From Bacteroidia bacterium (GTDB lineage: Bacteria; Bacteroidota; Bacteroidia; NS11-12g; UBA955), in assembly GCA_965659745.1 (NCBI GenBank), contig CBFHXF010000001.1:55764-119373 (forward strand): 63,610 nucleotides of DNA. The letters run 5' to 3'. The number at the start of each line of letters is the position of its first letter. Position 1 is the first letter of the stretch. The position numbers were made by a program, and so were the translations under genes. Shown here piece by piece: positions 38,864-48,524 of the stretch. The notes below the pieces were generated by a model. The model saw only the letters and a list, made by a program, of their open reading frames with translations. It was not told where the DNA came from and did not search any database.

Positions 38864-40090
38864 TTATGCGTCTAATTCACCTGCGATTACGTTCATACTA
38901 CTCATGGTAAGGATGGCATCACTCAACATAGAACCTGTGATCATTTCCGGATATGCTTGATAGTAAATAAAACAAGGCCTACGGAAATGCAAACGATAGG
39001 GTGTTCGTCCACCATCTGATACCAAATAATAACCTAACTCACCATTACCACCTTCAACCGAATGGTATACCTCCCCTTTGGGAATTGGGGTTTCACCCAT
39101 GATAATTTTAAAGTGATATATCAATGCTTCCATGCTTGAATATACTTCCTCTTTAGGGGGAAGATAAAAGCTAGGAATATCTGCGTGATATGCACCTTGA
39201 GGCATATTTTCAAGGGCTTGTTCAATAATTTTCAAAGACTCTTTAATTTCACGCTGACGAACTATAAATCTATCATAGGTATCGCCATCGTTACCTACTG
39301 GAATGTCAAAATCAAAATCCTGATATGATGAATAGGGTTTCATTACCCGAACGTCGTAGTCTACTCCTGCTGCACGTAAATTTGGACCTGCAAAAGAGTA
39401 ACTTAAAGCGCGCTCGGCAGAAATTGGACCTGCACCAATGGTACGATCCATGAAAATCCTATTACGCTCTAACATTGACCCAAATTCATCAAATTTCTTT
39501 GGAAATTCTTTAATGAAAGCCCTTAGCTTGGTAATGAATTCCTTGTTGAAATCGCGATCAAAGCCGCCAATTCTTCCCACGTTTGTGGTCAAACGAGCTC
39601 CACAGATTTCCTCATAAATATCGTAAATTTTTTCACGCTCCTGGAACATGTAGGTAAAGCCCGTTAAGGCACCTGTATCTACACCAATAACCGAATTACA
39701 AACCAAATGATCCGCAATTCGTGCCAGTTCCATGACTATAACACGCATATAATCAACGCGCTTAGGCATTTCAGCACCAATTAACTTTTCGACGGTCATG
39801 TGCCATCCCATATTATTAATGGGGGAAGAACAATAATTCAATCGATCCGTAATTGGGGTGATTTGATTATAAGGTCGTCTTTCGGCTAATTTTTCAAAAG
39901 CCCGGTGAATATATCCAACGGTTTGTTCGGCACTAAGAATTCTTTCACCGTCAACTTTCAGTACATTTTGAAAAATACCATGTGTTGCAGGATGCGTAGG
40001 TCCTAAATTTAGGGTAGCAATTTCACCATCTATGGTTTCGGTACTCGCAAACGCTGCTACTTTTTTGTTTTGTAAATCTAAATCGCTCAT
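38864..40090 (-). CDS. nuoD: NADH-quinone oxidoreductase subunit D
   Basis: 408 aa. NLGPTHPATHG N-terminal region and the C-terminal MNVIAGELDA, typical of the NuoD/49 kDa subunit. Confidence 0.9.
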   Translation of the reverse strand: MSDLDLQNKKVAAFASTETIDGEIATLNLGPTHPATHGIFQNVLKVDGERILSAEQTVGYIHRAFEKLAERRPYNQITPITDRLNYCSSPINNMGWHMTVEKLIGAEMPKRVDYMRVIVMELARIADHLVCNSVIGVDTGALTGFTYMFQEREKIYDIYEEICGARLTTNVGRIGGFDRDFNKEFITKLRAFIKEFPKKFDEFGSMLERNRIFMDRTIGAGPISAERALSYSFAGPNLRAAGVDYDVRVMKPYSSYQDFDFDIPVGNDGDTYDRFIVRQREIKESLKIIEQALENMPQGAYHADIPSFYLPPKEEVYSSMEALIYHFKIIMGETPIPKGEVYHSVEGGNGELGYYLVSDGGRTPYRLHFRRPCFIYYQAYPEMITGSMLSDAILTMSSMNVIAGELDA

Positions 40091-40578
40091 CTTCCAAAAA
40101 ACGTATCGTCCTTGTCTGTTCTAGTTTCGTCTTCTAACGCATATTCCTTTTTCATGGGATGATAGTCCATATCATCGACATTCAGAATTCGTGTCAGATT
40201 AGGATGTCCATCAAAAATAATTCCAAAGAAATCAAAGGTTTCACGCTCCATCCAATTGGCTCCTGCAAAAAGATCGGTTAAAGTAGGAACGTGCGTGTCG
40301 TTTTGAGAAAGATTGACTTTAAGTCTAAATCTTACATTCTCAACGAGATTGTGAATGTGATATACTACTTGGAATTCCGCATTTTCCTTATCGGGATAAT
40401 GACTGCCTGTCAAATCCGTTAGATATATAAAGCCCTCATTCTTGAGAAATTCGACAACTCCATGAATATCTAATTTGTCAACAAAGTAGTTATGGTCCCC
40501 ATAATTATCCAATTCATGTGTAACGTTAGGAAAATTTTGGAGTATCGATTCGTTTATATTAGTGGCAAAATCGCTCAT
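40087..40578 (-). CDS. nuoC: NADH-quinone oxidoreductase subunit C
   Basis: 163 aa. Contains ANWMERETFDFFGIIFDGHPNL, typical of the NuoC/30 kDa subunit. Confidence 0.85.
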   Translation of the reverse strand: MSDFATNINESILQNFPNVTHELDNYGDHNYFVDKLDIHGVVEFLKNEGFIYLTDLTGSHYPDKENAEFQVVYHIHNLVENVRFRLKVNLSQNDTHVPTLTDLFAGANWMERETFDFFGIIFDGHPNLTRILNVDDMDYHPMKKEYALEDETRTDKDDTFFGR

Positions 40579-40583
40579 TGTTT

Positions 40584-41120
40584 TTATTGTATATTATAAC
40601 TCTCCAACATTTTACGGTATTCGGGACTATCGCGACGTCTCAAACTTTCGTTACGTGCTAATTCTTGTATTTTTAATATACCTTCTATTATTTGTTCTGG
40701 TCTTGGAGGACATCCCGGAACGTAAACATCCACAGGAATGACATGGTCAATCCCTTGTAAAACGGAATAGGTATCAAAAATACCACCACTAGAAGCACAT
40801 GCACCCACACTCAAAACCCATTTTGGCTCGGCCATTTGATCGTATACCTGTTTGAGTACAGGACCTAACTTCTTTGAAATGGTACCCGCAACAATAAGAA
40901 GATCTGATTGTCGGGGACTGAAACTCATGCGCTCAGATCCAAAACGAGCCAAATCATAATTGGCACCCATGGTGGCCATAAATTCAATTCCGCAACATGA
41001 AGTCGCAAATGGCAAAGGCCATAATGAATTGGCACGTGCCATACCTATGACTGTATCAAAAGAGGTAGCGAAGAAACCCTGTCCTTCAATACCTGCTGGT
41101 GCTTCAACAATTTTTACCAT
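40584..41120 (-). CDS. nuoB: NADH-quinone oxidoreductase subunit B
   Basis: 178 aa. Has the N2 cluster ligands: SCCGIEFMA, ...GACASSGG... and PGCPPRPE. Confidence 0.9.
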   Translation of the reverse strand: MVKIVEAPAGIEGQGFFATSFDTVIGMARANSLWPLPFATSCCGIEFMATMGANYDLARFGSERMSFSPRQSDLLIVAGTISKKLGPVLKQVYDQMAEPKWVLSVGACASSGGIFDTYSVLQGIDHVIPVDVYVPGCPPRPEQIIEGILKIQELARNESLRRRDSPEYRKMLESYNIQ

Positions 41121-41130
41121 AATTTCTCAA

Positions 41131-41496
41131 TTAACGTTCCCACTCGAGAGCGCCTTTTTTCCAAACATAAATGAATCCGGCCAAGAAAAACCCAACAAAC
41201 GACAAAACGGCGAAAAAACCTTCCCAACCCATTTCTTTGAAATTAACGGCATAGGGATAAAAGAATATTACCTCGACGTCAAATAAAACAAATAGGATTG
41301 CCGATAGGAAATACTTAACCGATACCGGGAATCGGGCATCGCCTTGGCTTTCAATTCCGCATTCGAAGACTTCCAATTTCTGCTTGGTCTTCTTTTTAGG
41401 CCCGAGTAACTGGGACAAGAATAAAGCTAACACGACAAACCCTATAGAAAAGGCTAGTTGTATTAATATGGGTAAATAACTCTCAGGTGTGCTCAT
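41131..41496 (-). CDS. nuoA: NADH-quinone oxidoreductase subunit A
   Basis: 121 aa with three TM helices. FECGIE and ILFVLFDVEVIFFYP match NuoA/ND3. Confidence 0.85.
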   Translation of the reverse strand: MSTPESYLPILIQLAFSIGFVVLALFLSQLLGPKKKTKQKLEVFECGIESQGDARFPVSVKYFLSAILFVLFDVEVIFFYPYAVNFKEMGWEGFFAVLSFVGFFLAGFIYVWKKGALEWER

Positions 41497-41577
41497 ACTC
41501 GAAGCAAAAATAATGGAACAAAACCGGAGAATTGTTCAACATCTTGATAAAACTTCATTTTTTTTGTTAAGATTGGA

Positions 41578-41585
41578 TACTTTTG
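41578..41585 (+). promoter_or_regulatory. Candidate -7 box (TACTTTTG) for the Reeler-like T9SS gene
   Basis: Exact TAnnTTTG match 18 nt upstream of the ATG at 41603, in the divergent nuoA spacer. Confidence 0.3.
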
Positions 41586-41602
41586 AAGTAATTATTAAAC
41601 AT

Positions 41603-42382
41603 ATGATTAAAAAAATTATAAACTTAGGAGCAATAATTGGAACATTAATTGTTTCATTTTCAATGCTTAGCAGCTCAAATGGACCAGGTGGCAATAAAAC
41701 TGGAGCTCCTGGATCTTCTGGAAATTGCTCTGCGTGTCACGGGAATACACCCAATACCGCAGGTATCATTCGGGTAAAATTAATTGATAACGGCACGGAA
41801 GTAACAACCTATACACCTGGCAAAACGTATGATTTAGAACTGAATATTCTCGGTAGCAATGAAAAAATAGGCTTTCAGTTATCTGTGATAAATGATCAAA
41901 ACAAAGCTGCTGGAACCATATCTAATAACAGCTCAGGCACACAAGTTTACATTTCGGGAAGTCAACAAATTTGGGGACATAATACACCTGGCACTGGGAC
42001 ATGGACTGCAAAATGGACCGCACCCGATGCCAATACCGGTTCCGTTATCTTTTATGTAGCTGCTGTATTTGCCGACGGAAATGGGCAAAACAGCGGGGAT
42101 TATTTTAACACTTTTAATGTAGAAATCAACGAAGAATCCAGCAACAGTAATCACACCTTATTCAAATCTCATAATGAATTGATTGAAAATCCAGTAAAAG
42201 ATCAATTGAAATTACAACATAGCGTTGCATCTGCATACATATGGAATTCTGAAGGCAAACTAATTGGCAAATTTTTCAATTCCAATCAATTTGAAGTCAA
42301 TAATATCGCACCTGGCGTATATCACTTAAATTATGTGAATGAAAACGGAAGTACCGGTTTCATTAGATTTGTTAAGCAGTAA
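41603..42382 (+). CDS. T9SS-sorted secreted protein with a Reeler-like domain and a CxxCH motif
   Basis: Start moved to the ATG at 41603, giving the signal peptide MIKKIINLGAIIGTLIVSFSMLSS. Contains GAPGSSGNCSACHGN. The GFQLSVIN ... WTAPDANTGSVIFYVAAVF layout resembles reeler domains. The C-terminal ENPVKDQLKL ... GVYHLNY matches a Por tail. Confidence 0.5.
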   Translation: MIKKIINLGAIIGTLIVSFSMLSSSNGPGGNKTGAPGSSGNCSACHGNTPNTAGIIRVKLIDNGTEVTTYTPGKTYDLELNILGSNEKIGFQLSVINDQNKAAGTISNNSSGTQVYISGSQQIWGHNTPGTGTWTAKWTAPDANTGSVIFYVAAVFADGNGQNSGDYFNTFNVEINEESSNSNHTLFKSHNELIENPVKDQLKLQHSVASAYIWNSEGKLIGKFFNSNQFEVNNIAPGVYHLNYVNENGSTGFIRFVKQ

Positions 42383-42388
42383 ACCTTT

Positions 42389-43423
42389 CTAACGTCCCGA
42401 CTTTTTACGTTCTAATTCATTGAGCTTTTTCTGGAAAAGTCGGGCGTTCTTCAAGTGATCTTTATAGTGACGGGCAAAGGAATGATAACCGCTCAAGTCA
42501 CTTTTAGCGCAAAAATACAGATACGGATGTTCCGTGTAATTTAAAACGGCATCAATTGCTTCTTTTGAAGGAATACAAATAGGTCCTGGAGGCAACCCTT
42601 TATTTCGGTAGGTATTATATGGTGAAACAACATTCATATCCTTGTTATAAACCCTTCCCCCTCTGCCTCTTATGAATACCAATGTGGGATCAGCACCTAA
42701 AAACATGTTAATGCGCAATCTGTTTAAGTAAACCCCAGCAATTAATTCATATTCATCAACTTTTAAACTCTCTTTTTGTACAATACTTGCCAAAGTCATG
42801 GCTTCCTTAAGATCCAATTTTTGTGTTCTTAATTTCTGTTTTCTTTCGGCATTCCAAAAATGAGCTTGCTCGTTTTGCATGCGTTCGAAAAAATTATCGA
42901 CATCCGTATTTCTGGAGAAATTATACGTATTGGGAATTAAAAGTGTGGGCCAGGTATATTGGTTTACATCATATTGTGACCAGTAATTGTCGTCGAATTT
43001 GTCAGGAATTTCAGAATTATTCCAAATTTCCTCGAGCACATTCGGTTTGATATCAAAATTTCTCAGGAGAATCCGTTTCAACTCTTTGGCGTAAATTCCA
43101 GGTGGAATAACCACATTGACGGTTTGATTACGATTTTCACGCAACAGTTTTAAGAACTTCCATGCGGAAGTATGTGGAGGTAGAATGAATTGGCTTGTTT
43201 GTATTTTAAATCCTACTTTCTTTGCCCAATATGTCATCCCAAGGGGTAATGACAAATCGAATTCTGTAGAAATATAACTTTCAAATTCCTCTTGTGACCA
43301 AGTCTTCTTAATAAACACCTCCGAATGTTGATCGTTTGAACTTGACTGAATTACAAATATTAAAATGATTATGAGCAGGCTAGAACCGGATAAAAGTCCC
43401 AAAAGTTTCAGAATACGTTTCAT
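42389..43423 (-). CDS. mltG: Endolytic murein transglycosylase MltG (YceG-like)
   Basis: 344 aa with an N-terminal TM anchor. Shows ASIVQKE ... AGVYLNRL ... LGADPT ... YNTYRNKGLPPGPI. Confidence 0.8.
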   Translation of the reverse strand: MKRILKLLGLLSGSSLLIIILIFVIQSSSNDQHSEVFIKKTWSQEEFESYISTEFDLSLPLGMTYWAKKVGFKIQTSQFILPPHTSAWKFLKLLRENRNQTVNVVIPPGIYAKELKRILLRNFDIKPNVLEEIWNNSEIPDKFDDNYWSQYDVNQYTWPTLLIPNTYNFSRNTDVDNFFERMQNEQAHFWNAERKQKLRTQKLDLKEAMTLASIVQKESLKVDEYELIAGVYLNRLRINMFLGADPTLVFIRGRGGRVYNKDMNVVSPYNTYRNKGLPPGPICIPSKEAIDAVLNYTEHPYLYFCAKSDLSGYHSFARHYKDHLKNARLFQKKLNELERKKSGR

Positions 43424-43508
43424 TGTTTTTGCTCGACAAAAATGAGAAATTTATCATGTATTTTGAGTAGAATCTGCTTAATGTGGGAATCTATCTTATT
43501 TTTGTTTC

Positions 43509-44228
43509 GTGAAAATTGCAATTATTGGGTACGGCAAAATGGGTAAAACCATTGAATCATTAGCAGAACAAATGAATTTTACTGTATCTGAAATTTACGA
43601 TGAAAACAATCCATTCTTAAACTGTGAACATTCAAATGCCGAAGTTGCTATTGATTTTACCATGCCAGAATTAGCCGTTGCGCACATCAAACATGCAGCT
43701 AACATACAACTTCCGTTGGTCGTAGGAACTACGGGGTGGTATGGTGATTTTGACGAAGTAACGGAATATGTAAATCAAAAAAATGCAAGTTTCTTTTATG
43801 CTACCAACTTTTCCATTGGAGTAAATCTGTTTTTCGCGTTGAATAGAACACTGGCCAAGTGGATGAACGACCAACCGAATTACACCGCTAGAATGGTAGA
43901 AATACATCATACTGAGAAAAAAGACGCCCCTTCCGGCACTGCTATTACCCTAGCGGAACAAACGATAGATTCAATTGATAAATTAAATTCCTTTCAGTTA
44001 GTAGAAGAATTTGATAACACTGTGGAAGATATTCTGCCTATTCAGGCAATTAGAGAGCCTAATGTACCCGGAACACATACCTTGATTTACGAAAGTGACA
44101 TCGATAAAATCGAAATCACTCATGAAGCCAAAGGAAGATTGGGATTTGCTAAAGGTGCCATAGCTGCCGCCCGATTCTTGATTGGTAAAAAAGGAATTTA
44201 TTCTATGTCTGACTTATTGAAGTTTTAA
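43509..44228 (+). CDS. dapB: 4-hydroxy-tetrahydrodipicolinate reductase
   Basis: 239 aa with a GTG start. Has the Rossmann motif KIAIIGYGKMG and EIHHTEKKDAPSGTA. Confidence 0.85.
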   Translation: MKIAIIGYGKMGKTIESLAEQMNFTVSEIYDENNPFLNCEHSNAEVAIDFTMPELAVAHIKHAANIQLPLVVGTTGWYGDFDEVTEYVNQKNASFFYATNFSIGVNLFFALNRTLAKWMNDQPNYTARMVEIHHTEKKDAPSGTAITLAEQTIDSIDKLNSFQLVEEFDNTVEDILPIQAIREPNVPGTHTLIYESDIDKIEITHEAKGRLGFAKGAIAAARFLIGKKGIYSMSDLLKF

Positions 44229-44233
44229 TTTAT

Positions 44234-45778
44234 ATGAATAGTTTTAACATACAGATTTTCATTGCTATTTGGACAATTGCATTTTTACTCACGAGATTGG
44301 GATTGTCGCGCATGTTCAAATTGGCTAATATTAACCCATTATTGGCTTGGATACCCATTGCCAATTGGTGGTATTGGATTCAACTGGTGGGCAGGCCTAA
44401 ATGGTATATGATAGGAATGGTCATTCCTGGATTGAATATCCTGTTCAGTTTTAACATAAAGTTGGACCTTTTAAGAAGCTTTGGCAAAAACGGATTTTGG
44501 GAACAATTTGCTGGGATCGTTTTGACATTTGGGTATTTCCCTTACTTATATTTTGACAAAACCTTGAAATTCGTAGGTGAAGCGGGTAATAAAGAATGGA
44601 GAGAAAGCCACGTACCTAAAACAGGCGGAGGAAGAGAATGGGCGGATGCGTTATTATTTGCGGCTTACGTTGCCGGTGGTATGCGCGCATTATATTTTGA
44701 TTTATACCAAATCCCTACCCCTTCAATGGAATCCAACCTCATGGTTGGAGATTACTTAGTTGTGAGCCGAACCAATATTGGTATGCGTATCCCATTAACT
44801 CCCGTTTCGGTTCCTGTATTAGCACCCAAAGAAATTGCAGGCATGAAGGCCTATTCGGAATTGATTGAATTTCCATACATGCGATTACCAGGTTGGTATA
44901 CTATCAAAAACAACGATGTTATCGTTTTCAACTGGCCTGCAGATGAAGGATTTCCCGTAGATAAAAAAGACAATTATGTAAAGCGTTGCGTTGGAATACC
45001 TGGCGATAATCTAGAAATACGCATGGGGGATGTGTATATCAACGGCAATAAATTACCTAAGGTTGATAAGCAGCAAAAAAGATATTTGGTGTTAATGAAG
45101 GATTATATTTCTCAGGAATTTCTGCTTGAGAATGAATTGGGCGATTTTACCATCCCTTATCGTGTGGCACCTGAAATTTTAAGACAGACCGAAGCACAAG
45201 GACAGCGACTTTCTCCTTATCATATTTATACTTGGGAAGAAAACGTAAGTAAAATTCGCAAACACCCTTCCGTAGCGGCTGTATTTGAAGATGTTATTGA
45301 TGAAGGCTATGATAGGCATTTATTCCCTGATACCAATAATACTGCATTTTTGAAACATAAATGGGATTTGAATAATTACGGCCCTATTCATCTTCCCAAA
45401 AGAGGTGAAACGATCAAATTAAGCAAAGAGAACTGGGATTGGTACAAAGCTGCCATTAATATTTATGAAGAACGAGACGATATTATTGAGGAAAATGGCT
45501 TGTTTTACGCCAATAATGGTTCTGAACAGATAACAGAATATACCTTCAAGTATGGATATTATTGGATGATGGGTGATAATCGATTTAACAGTTCTGATTC
45601 GCGCTATTGGGGATATGTGCCCGAAAATCACGTATTAGGAAAGCCATTATTCACCTTCTTTTCACTGAAAAAGGTAATTGGCATCAATGAAATCGGCGAG
45701 CCCATGATTCATGGAAATACCATGATGTACGAAACGAAAGGCGTTCGTTGGAATAAGATTTTCAAGAAAATCAAATAG
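44234..45778 (+). CDS. lepB: Signal peptidase I (long Bacteroidota form)
   Basis: 514 aa. S26 motifs are present: IPTPSMESNLMVGDYL (Ser), VKRCVGIPGD (Lys) and GDNRFNSSDSRYWGYVP. Confidence 0.85.
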   Translation: MNSFNIQIFIAIWTIAFLLTRLGLSRMFKLANINPLLAWIPIANWWYWIQLVGRPKWYMIGMVIPGLNILFSFNIKLDLLRSFGKNGFWEQFAGIVLTFGYFPYLYFDKTLKFVGEAGNKEWRESHVPKTGGGREWADALLFAAYVAGGMRALYFDLYQIPTPSMESNLMVGDYLVVSRTNIGMRIPLTPVSVPVLAPKEIAGMKAYSELIEFPYMRLPGWYTIKNNDVIVFNWPADEGFPVDKKDNYVKRCVGIPGDNLEIRMGDVYINGNKLPKVDKQQKRYLVLMKDYISQEFLLENELGDFTIPYRVAPEILRQTEAQGQRLSPYHIYTWEENVSKIRKHPSVAAVFEDVIDEGYDRHLFPDTNNTAFLKHKWDLNNYGPIHLPKRGETIKLSKENWDWYKAAINIYEERDDIIEENGLFYANNGSEQITEYTFKYGYYWMMGDNRFNSSDSRYWGYVPENHVLGKPLFTFFSLKKVIGINEIGEPMIHGNTMMYETKGVRWNKIFKKIK

Positions 45779-45787
45779 AATTCCTTC

Positions 45788-47518
45788 TTAAAACAAGTAA
45801 GTTTCTCTCGTGTCGGTGAAATTGTATTTAATTGAGAGCGATAAATAATTGAAATTGTGCATATCTACCTCGTCCTTAGAATGGAACCAATGGTGGGTTA
45901 ATTCTATTTTGGCATTAGGTTGCATGTAATACATTAACGTAGTCATTACGTTGATTCTATTTTGTAGATTTCCCTGTAAAATCGGAGCGTTTTCGCGGTC
46001 TTTAGCATCGTTATAGGGTTTTCTCAAGTCGCTTCCATAGTTATTGCCATTTTGATTCAATCCTATCCATGCCAGCTGGGTGGTGTTTTTGAAAGCCCAC
46101 CTTTGAAGCTTATCAGGAACAGCAAAAAAGCGGACAATCAACTCCCTGAAATTACTTTCTAGAGGATGCGCCATCGCTTGATTATAGGTGGCATAGTAAT
46201 TGGCTGAATTCTTGCGATGCGAATATGTGTAAGGTCTTGCGGCATTATATTCAAACTGCAAATAGGATTGTTTTAGACTCGATACTTTGGGCGTGTAATA
46301 AAAGCCAAGTTGATTAGCAAATTTGTTTAAATAAGAGGTTCTATTGCCAAATACCGATGAAAAATTAAACTCGTCTATAATCAACTGACCATAAAACACA
46401 AACTGTCGCTTTTTCCATTTGGCATCAAATGCAATAAGCGCATTATCAGACGACCCTAAATCACGTTCTATGGCTCGGTAGAAAATAACAGGATTCAGAT
46501 AATTTAAGTCGAATCCGCTATTCAGACGGGATTGCACCACCATCTCAGAAAATCCTAACTCTAATCCAATCTTATCAAACTCCAAACTACCTCTATGCAT
46601 AGCGAGATACTTTTTATTGAAAGTCTTGGAGCTATCTTGACTCATATCGCGTATTAATTCTTTGAACAGGTTTTGATAGCGAAAGGGACCCAATTTGTAA
46701 TTGACTTGTAGAAACAAGGTAGGGGCAGCAAAATTACTCAGAATTAAACTTCGAAAACCCGATCCTATATGTTGTTTATCATGTCCAAATGTGGCAAAAA
46801 TTTCATACCCTTTACCCGATGAATCTTTGTTTTTTCTCAACAGCAGTACATCCATATAAGCCGTTGCATAGAAGTAGTCGTTATAACCAAATGAGTTAGT
46901 TTGAACATTTCCTAATCCGGGATATACCTTATTTTTTTGATCGTATTGGTCTATATGGAAAGGATAATTGGCTTGATAATCATAAATCTGAGAGTAAAAC
47001 GCCAACTTCTCTCCCATTTGTCCATACAATTCTACTCCTCTACCGTTTAATAATGAGGTATCAAAGGGTCCCGCAGATGGACTATAAGATAAATCAAGAA
47101 TGGGGTTTACCACTAAATAATCTTCTCTATCTTCACTTTCCCAAGAAAAAAATCGATTGGGGTTTTGCCACAAATTGGATCCACCCAATTTCGAAATCCA
47201 TGATTTCTGAGTAAAAGCCGTTCTATGGTTTCCCCCGAATTCAGGATTATTCCAAGCAAAATAGTTAAACGATTTTTGGCTGAAACTGGTTGTTTGAGGA
47301 AATGAATCGGTGATAGAAATGCCTTGCGAAATTAGGGGTGTTATAAACTGTTTGGATTGTTTATGGTTTCGAAATACATCTATTAGGCCCGGGTTGGTAG
47401 CAATGATTCTATCCTCTTGATCAGAATGGGCCTTTATTAATCGAAATTGTGCGATAGAATTATTGATGTTTGCGAAAATTGCAAATATCAAAAGGGTTAT
47501 TATTTTTAAAAATTGCAT
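45788..47518 (-). CDS. Hypothetical outer-membrane beta-barrel protein
   Basis: Start moved to the ATG at 47518, giving the signal peptide MQFLKIITLLIFAIFANINNSIAQ. It is rich in Tyr/Asn/Gly strand-like segments and ends ...RETYLF (terminal Phe). I cannot assign a family confidently. Confidence 0.45.
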   Translation of the reverse strand: MQFLKIITLLIFAIFANINNSIAQFRLIKAHSDQEDRIIATNPGLIDVFRNHKQSKQFITPLISQGISITDSFPQTTSFSQKSFNYFAWNNPEFGGNHRTAFTQKSWISKLGGSNLWQNPNRFFSWESEDREDYLVVNPILDLSYSPSAGPFDTSLLNGRGVELYGQMGEKLAFYSQIYDYQANYPFHIDQYDQKNKVYPGLGNVQTNSFGYNDYFYATAYMDVLLLRKNKDSSGKGYEIFATFGHDKQHIGSGFRSLILSNFAAPTLFLQVNYKLGPFRYQNLFKELIRDMSQDSSKTFNKKYLAMHRGSLEFDKIGLELGFSEMVVQSRLNSGFDLNYLNPVIFYRAIERDLGSSDNALIAFDAKWKKRQFVFYGQLIIDEFNFSSVFGNRTSYLNKFANQLGFYYTPKVSSLKQSYLQFEYNAARPYTYSHRKNSANYYATYNQAMAHPLESNFRELIVRFFAVPDKLQRWAFKNTTQLAWIGLNQNGNNYGSDLRKPYNDAKDRENAPILQGNLQNRINVMTTLMYYMQPNAKIELTHHWFHSKDEVDMHNFNYLSLSIKYNFTDTRETYLF

Positions 47519-47519
47519 A

Positions 47520-48518
47520 TTACAAATTGACCACGCGAGAATGGCTCGCAATGTTCCCTGCAAAGTTAGGGATATCAAACTCGCGATAGGGGTTTAATAA
47601 TTGGGCCTCTTCTTCCGTTATCAATTCTAATTTACGCAATAGTTCTTGTGCGATTTGATATTGAGGTCCCATTTTTCCATCGTCTACTTTAATTGATATT
47701 CCCCATTGCTTTTCTGGTATAGCGAGGCAATAGACACCATCGGCGCCTGTTTTTCCAATAATTCTGCCTTTGGTTACATTCATCAAGTCGGTACAATAGC
47801 GTTTGGTACCTGCCACCATTTCTGGGAATTCAGACACGGCTGCGATTACCCTTTGGGCTGCTGCTCTTTCCTCAATACTTATTTCACTATTGGGAGCAAT
47901 TAAATTTTTATACATAATTGCTTGATTGTAAACGGGCATGGCATAAGTAGGTGCGCTGCATCCGTCAATACCTTCGTTTAGCTCATGAATAGGTAATTCG
48001 GCAAATCTTGCTACTGTTTCTTTGATTTGGACTTGCAATTCAAAGTTAGAGGACAAATAGGTATCTGTATTGTGGTTGTGAAACGTGTTATACGCCAGGA
48101 ATCCGGCATGTTTTCCACTGCAATTATTATGCAGGGGTTGTGCAAATTCTCCTTTCTTTATCAAATCAATCCAATCTGACTTGCGGGTAGGATTTTGGGC
48201 TCCGCATTTTAGGGCACTTGGATCTAATCCGATTTTTTGCAGAATCAAATTTACGGCATCAACGTGCTGTTTCTCACCATTATGGGAACCGCACATTAAG
48301 GCTAAATCTTTTGGGGTAAAATGGTAATGATCGAATATTCCACTCGTCAATAAGGGGATATGTTGAATATATTTAAGTGCACTACGAGGGTAGCATATTT
48401 GCTTTATATCCCCAACAGAATAAATAATTTCGCCCTCTTTATCTACTACACAAATAACCCCGCGGTGGAAACTTTCGGTAATACCACCCCGTGTTAATTC
48501 TACCAAAATTGGATTCAT
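47520..48518 (-). CDS. Asparaginase, PF06089 (Asparaginase_II, Rhizobium-type) family
   Basis: 332 aa. The N-terminal VELTRGGITESFHRG, then CGSHNGE and NCSGKHAGFL, match my memory of this family. It lies 6 nt downstream of pyrB. Confidence 0.65.
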   Translation of the reverse strand: MNPILVELTRGGITESFHRGVICVVDKEGEIIYSVGDIKQICYPRSALKYIQHIPLLTSGIFDHYHFTPKDLALMCGSHNGEKQHVDAVNLILQKIGLDPSALKCGAQNPTRKSDWIDLIKKGEFAQPLHNNCSGKHAGFLAYNTFHNHNTDTYLSSNFELQVQIKETVARFAELPIHELNEGIDGCSAPTYAMPVYNQAIMYKNLIAPNSEISIEERAAAQRVIAAVSEFPEMVAGTKRYCTDLMNVTKGRIIGKTGADGVYCLAIPEKQWGISIKVDDGKMGPQYQIAQELLRKLELITEEEAQLLNPYREFDIPNFAGNIASHSRVVNL

Positions 48519-48524
48519 AATTTG

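Noticed and set aside
41489-41602. N-terminal extensions offered by the ORF track: 41489 for the Reeler-like gene, 12245 TTG, 16863, 23039 TTG, 33626 GTG, 38375 for nuoF, 47578 for the OMP, 53659 TTG and 59575 TTG.
   Set aside because: In each case an internal ATG gives a proper signal peptide or the conserved family N-terminus. These starts also remove overlaps with neighbouring genes or with predicted promoter boxes.
43497-43504. TATTTTTG, an exact TAnnTTTG match, just upstream of dapB.
   Set aside because: It ends only 4 nt before the GTG start at 43509. That start must be used to keep the Rossmann motif IAIIGYGKMG, so transcription from this box would begin inside or after the start codon. 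It is probably a chance match in AT-rich DNA.
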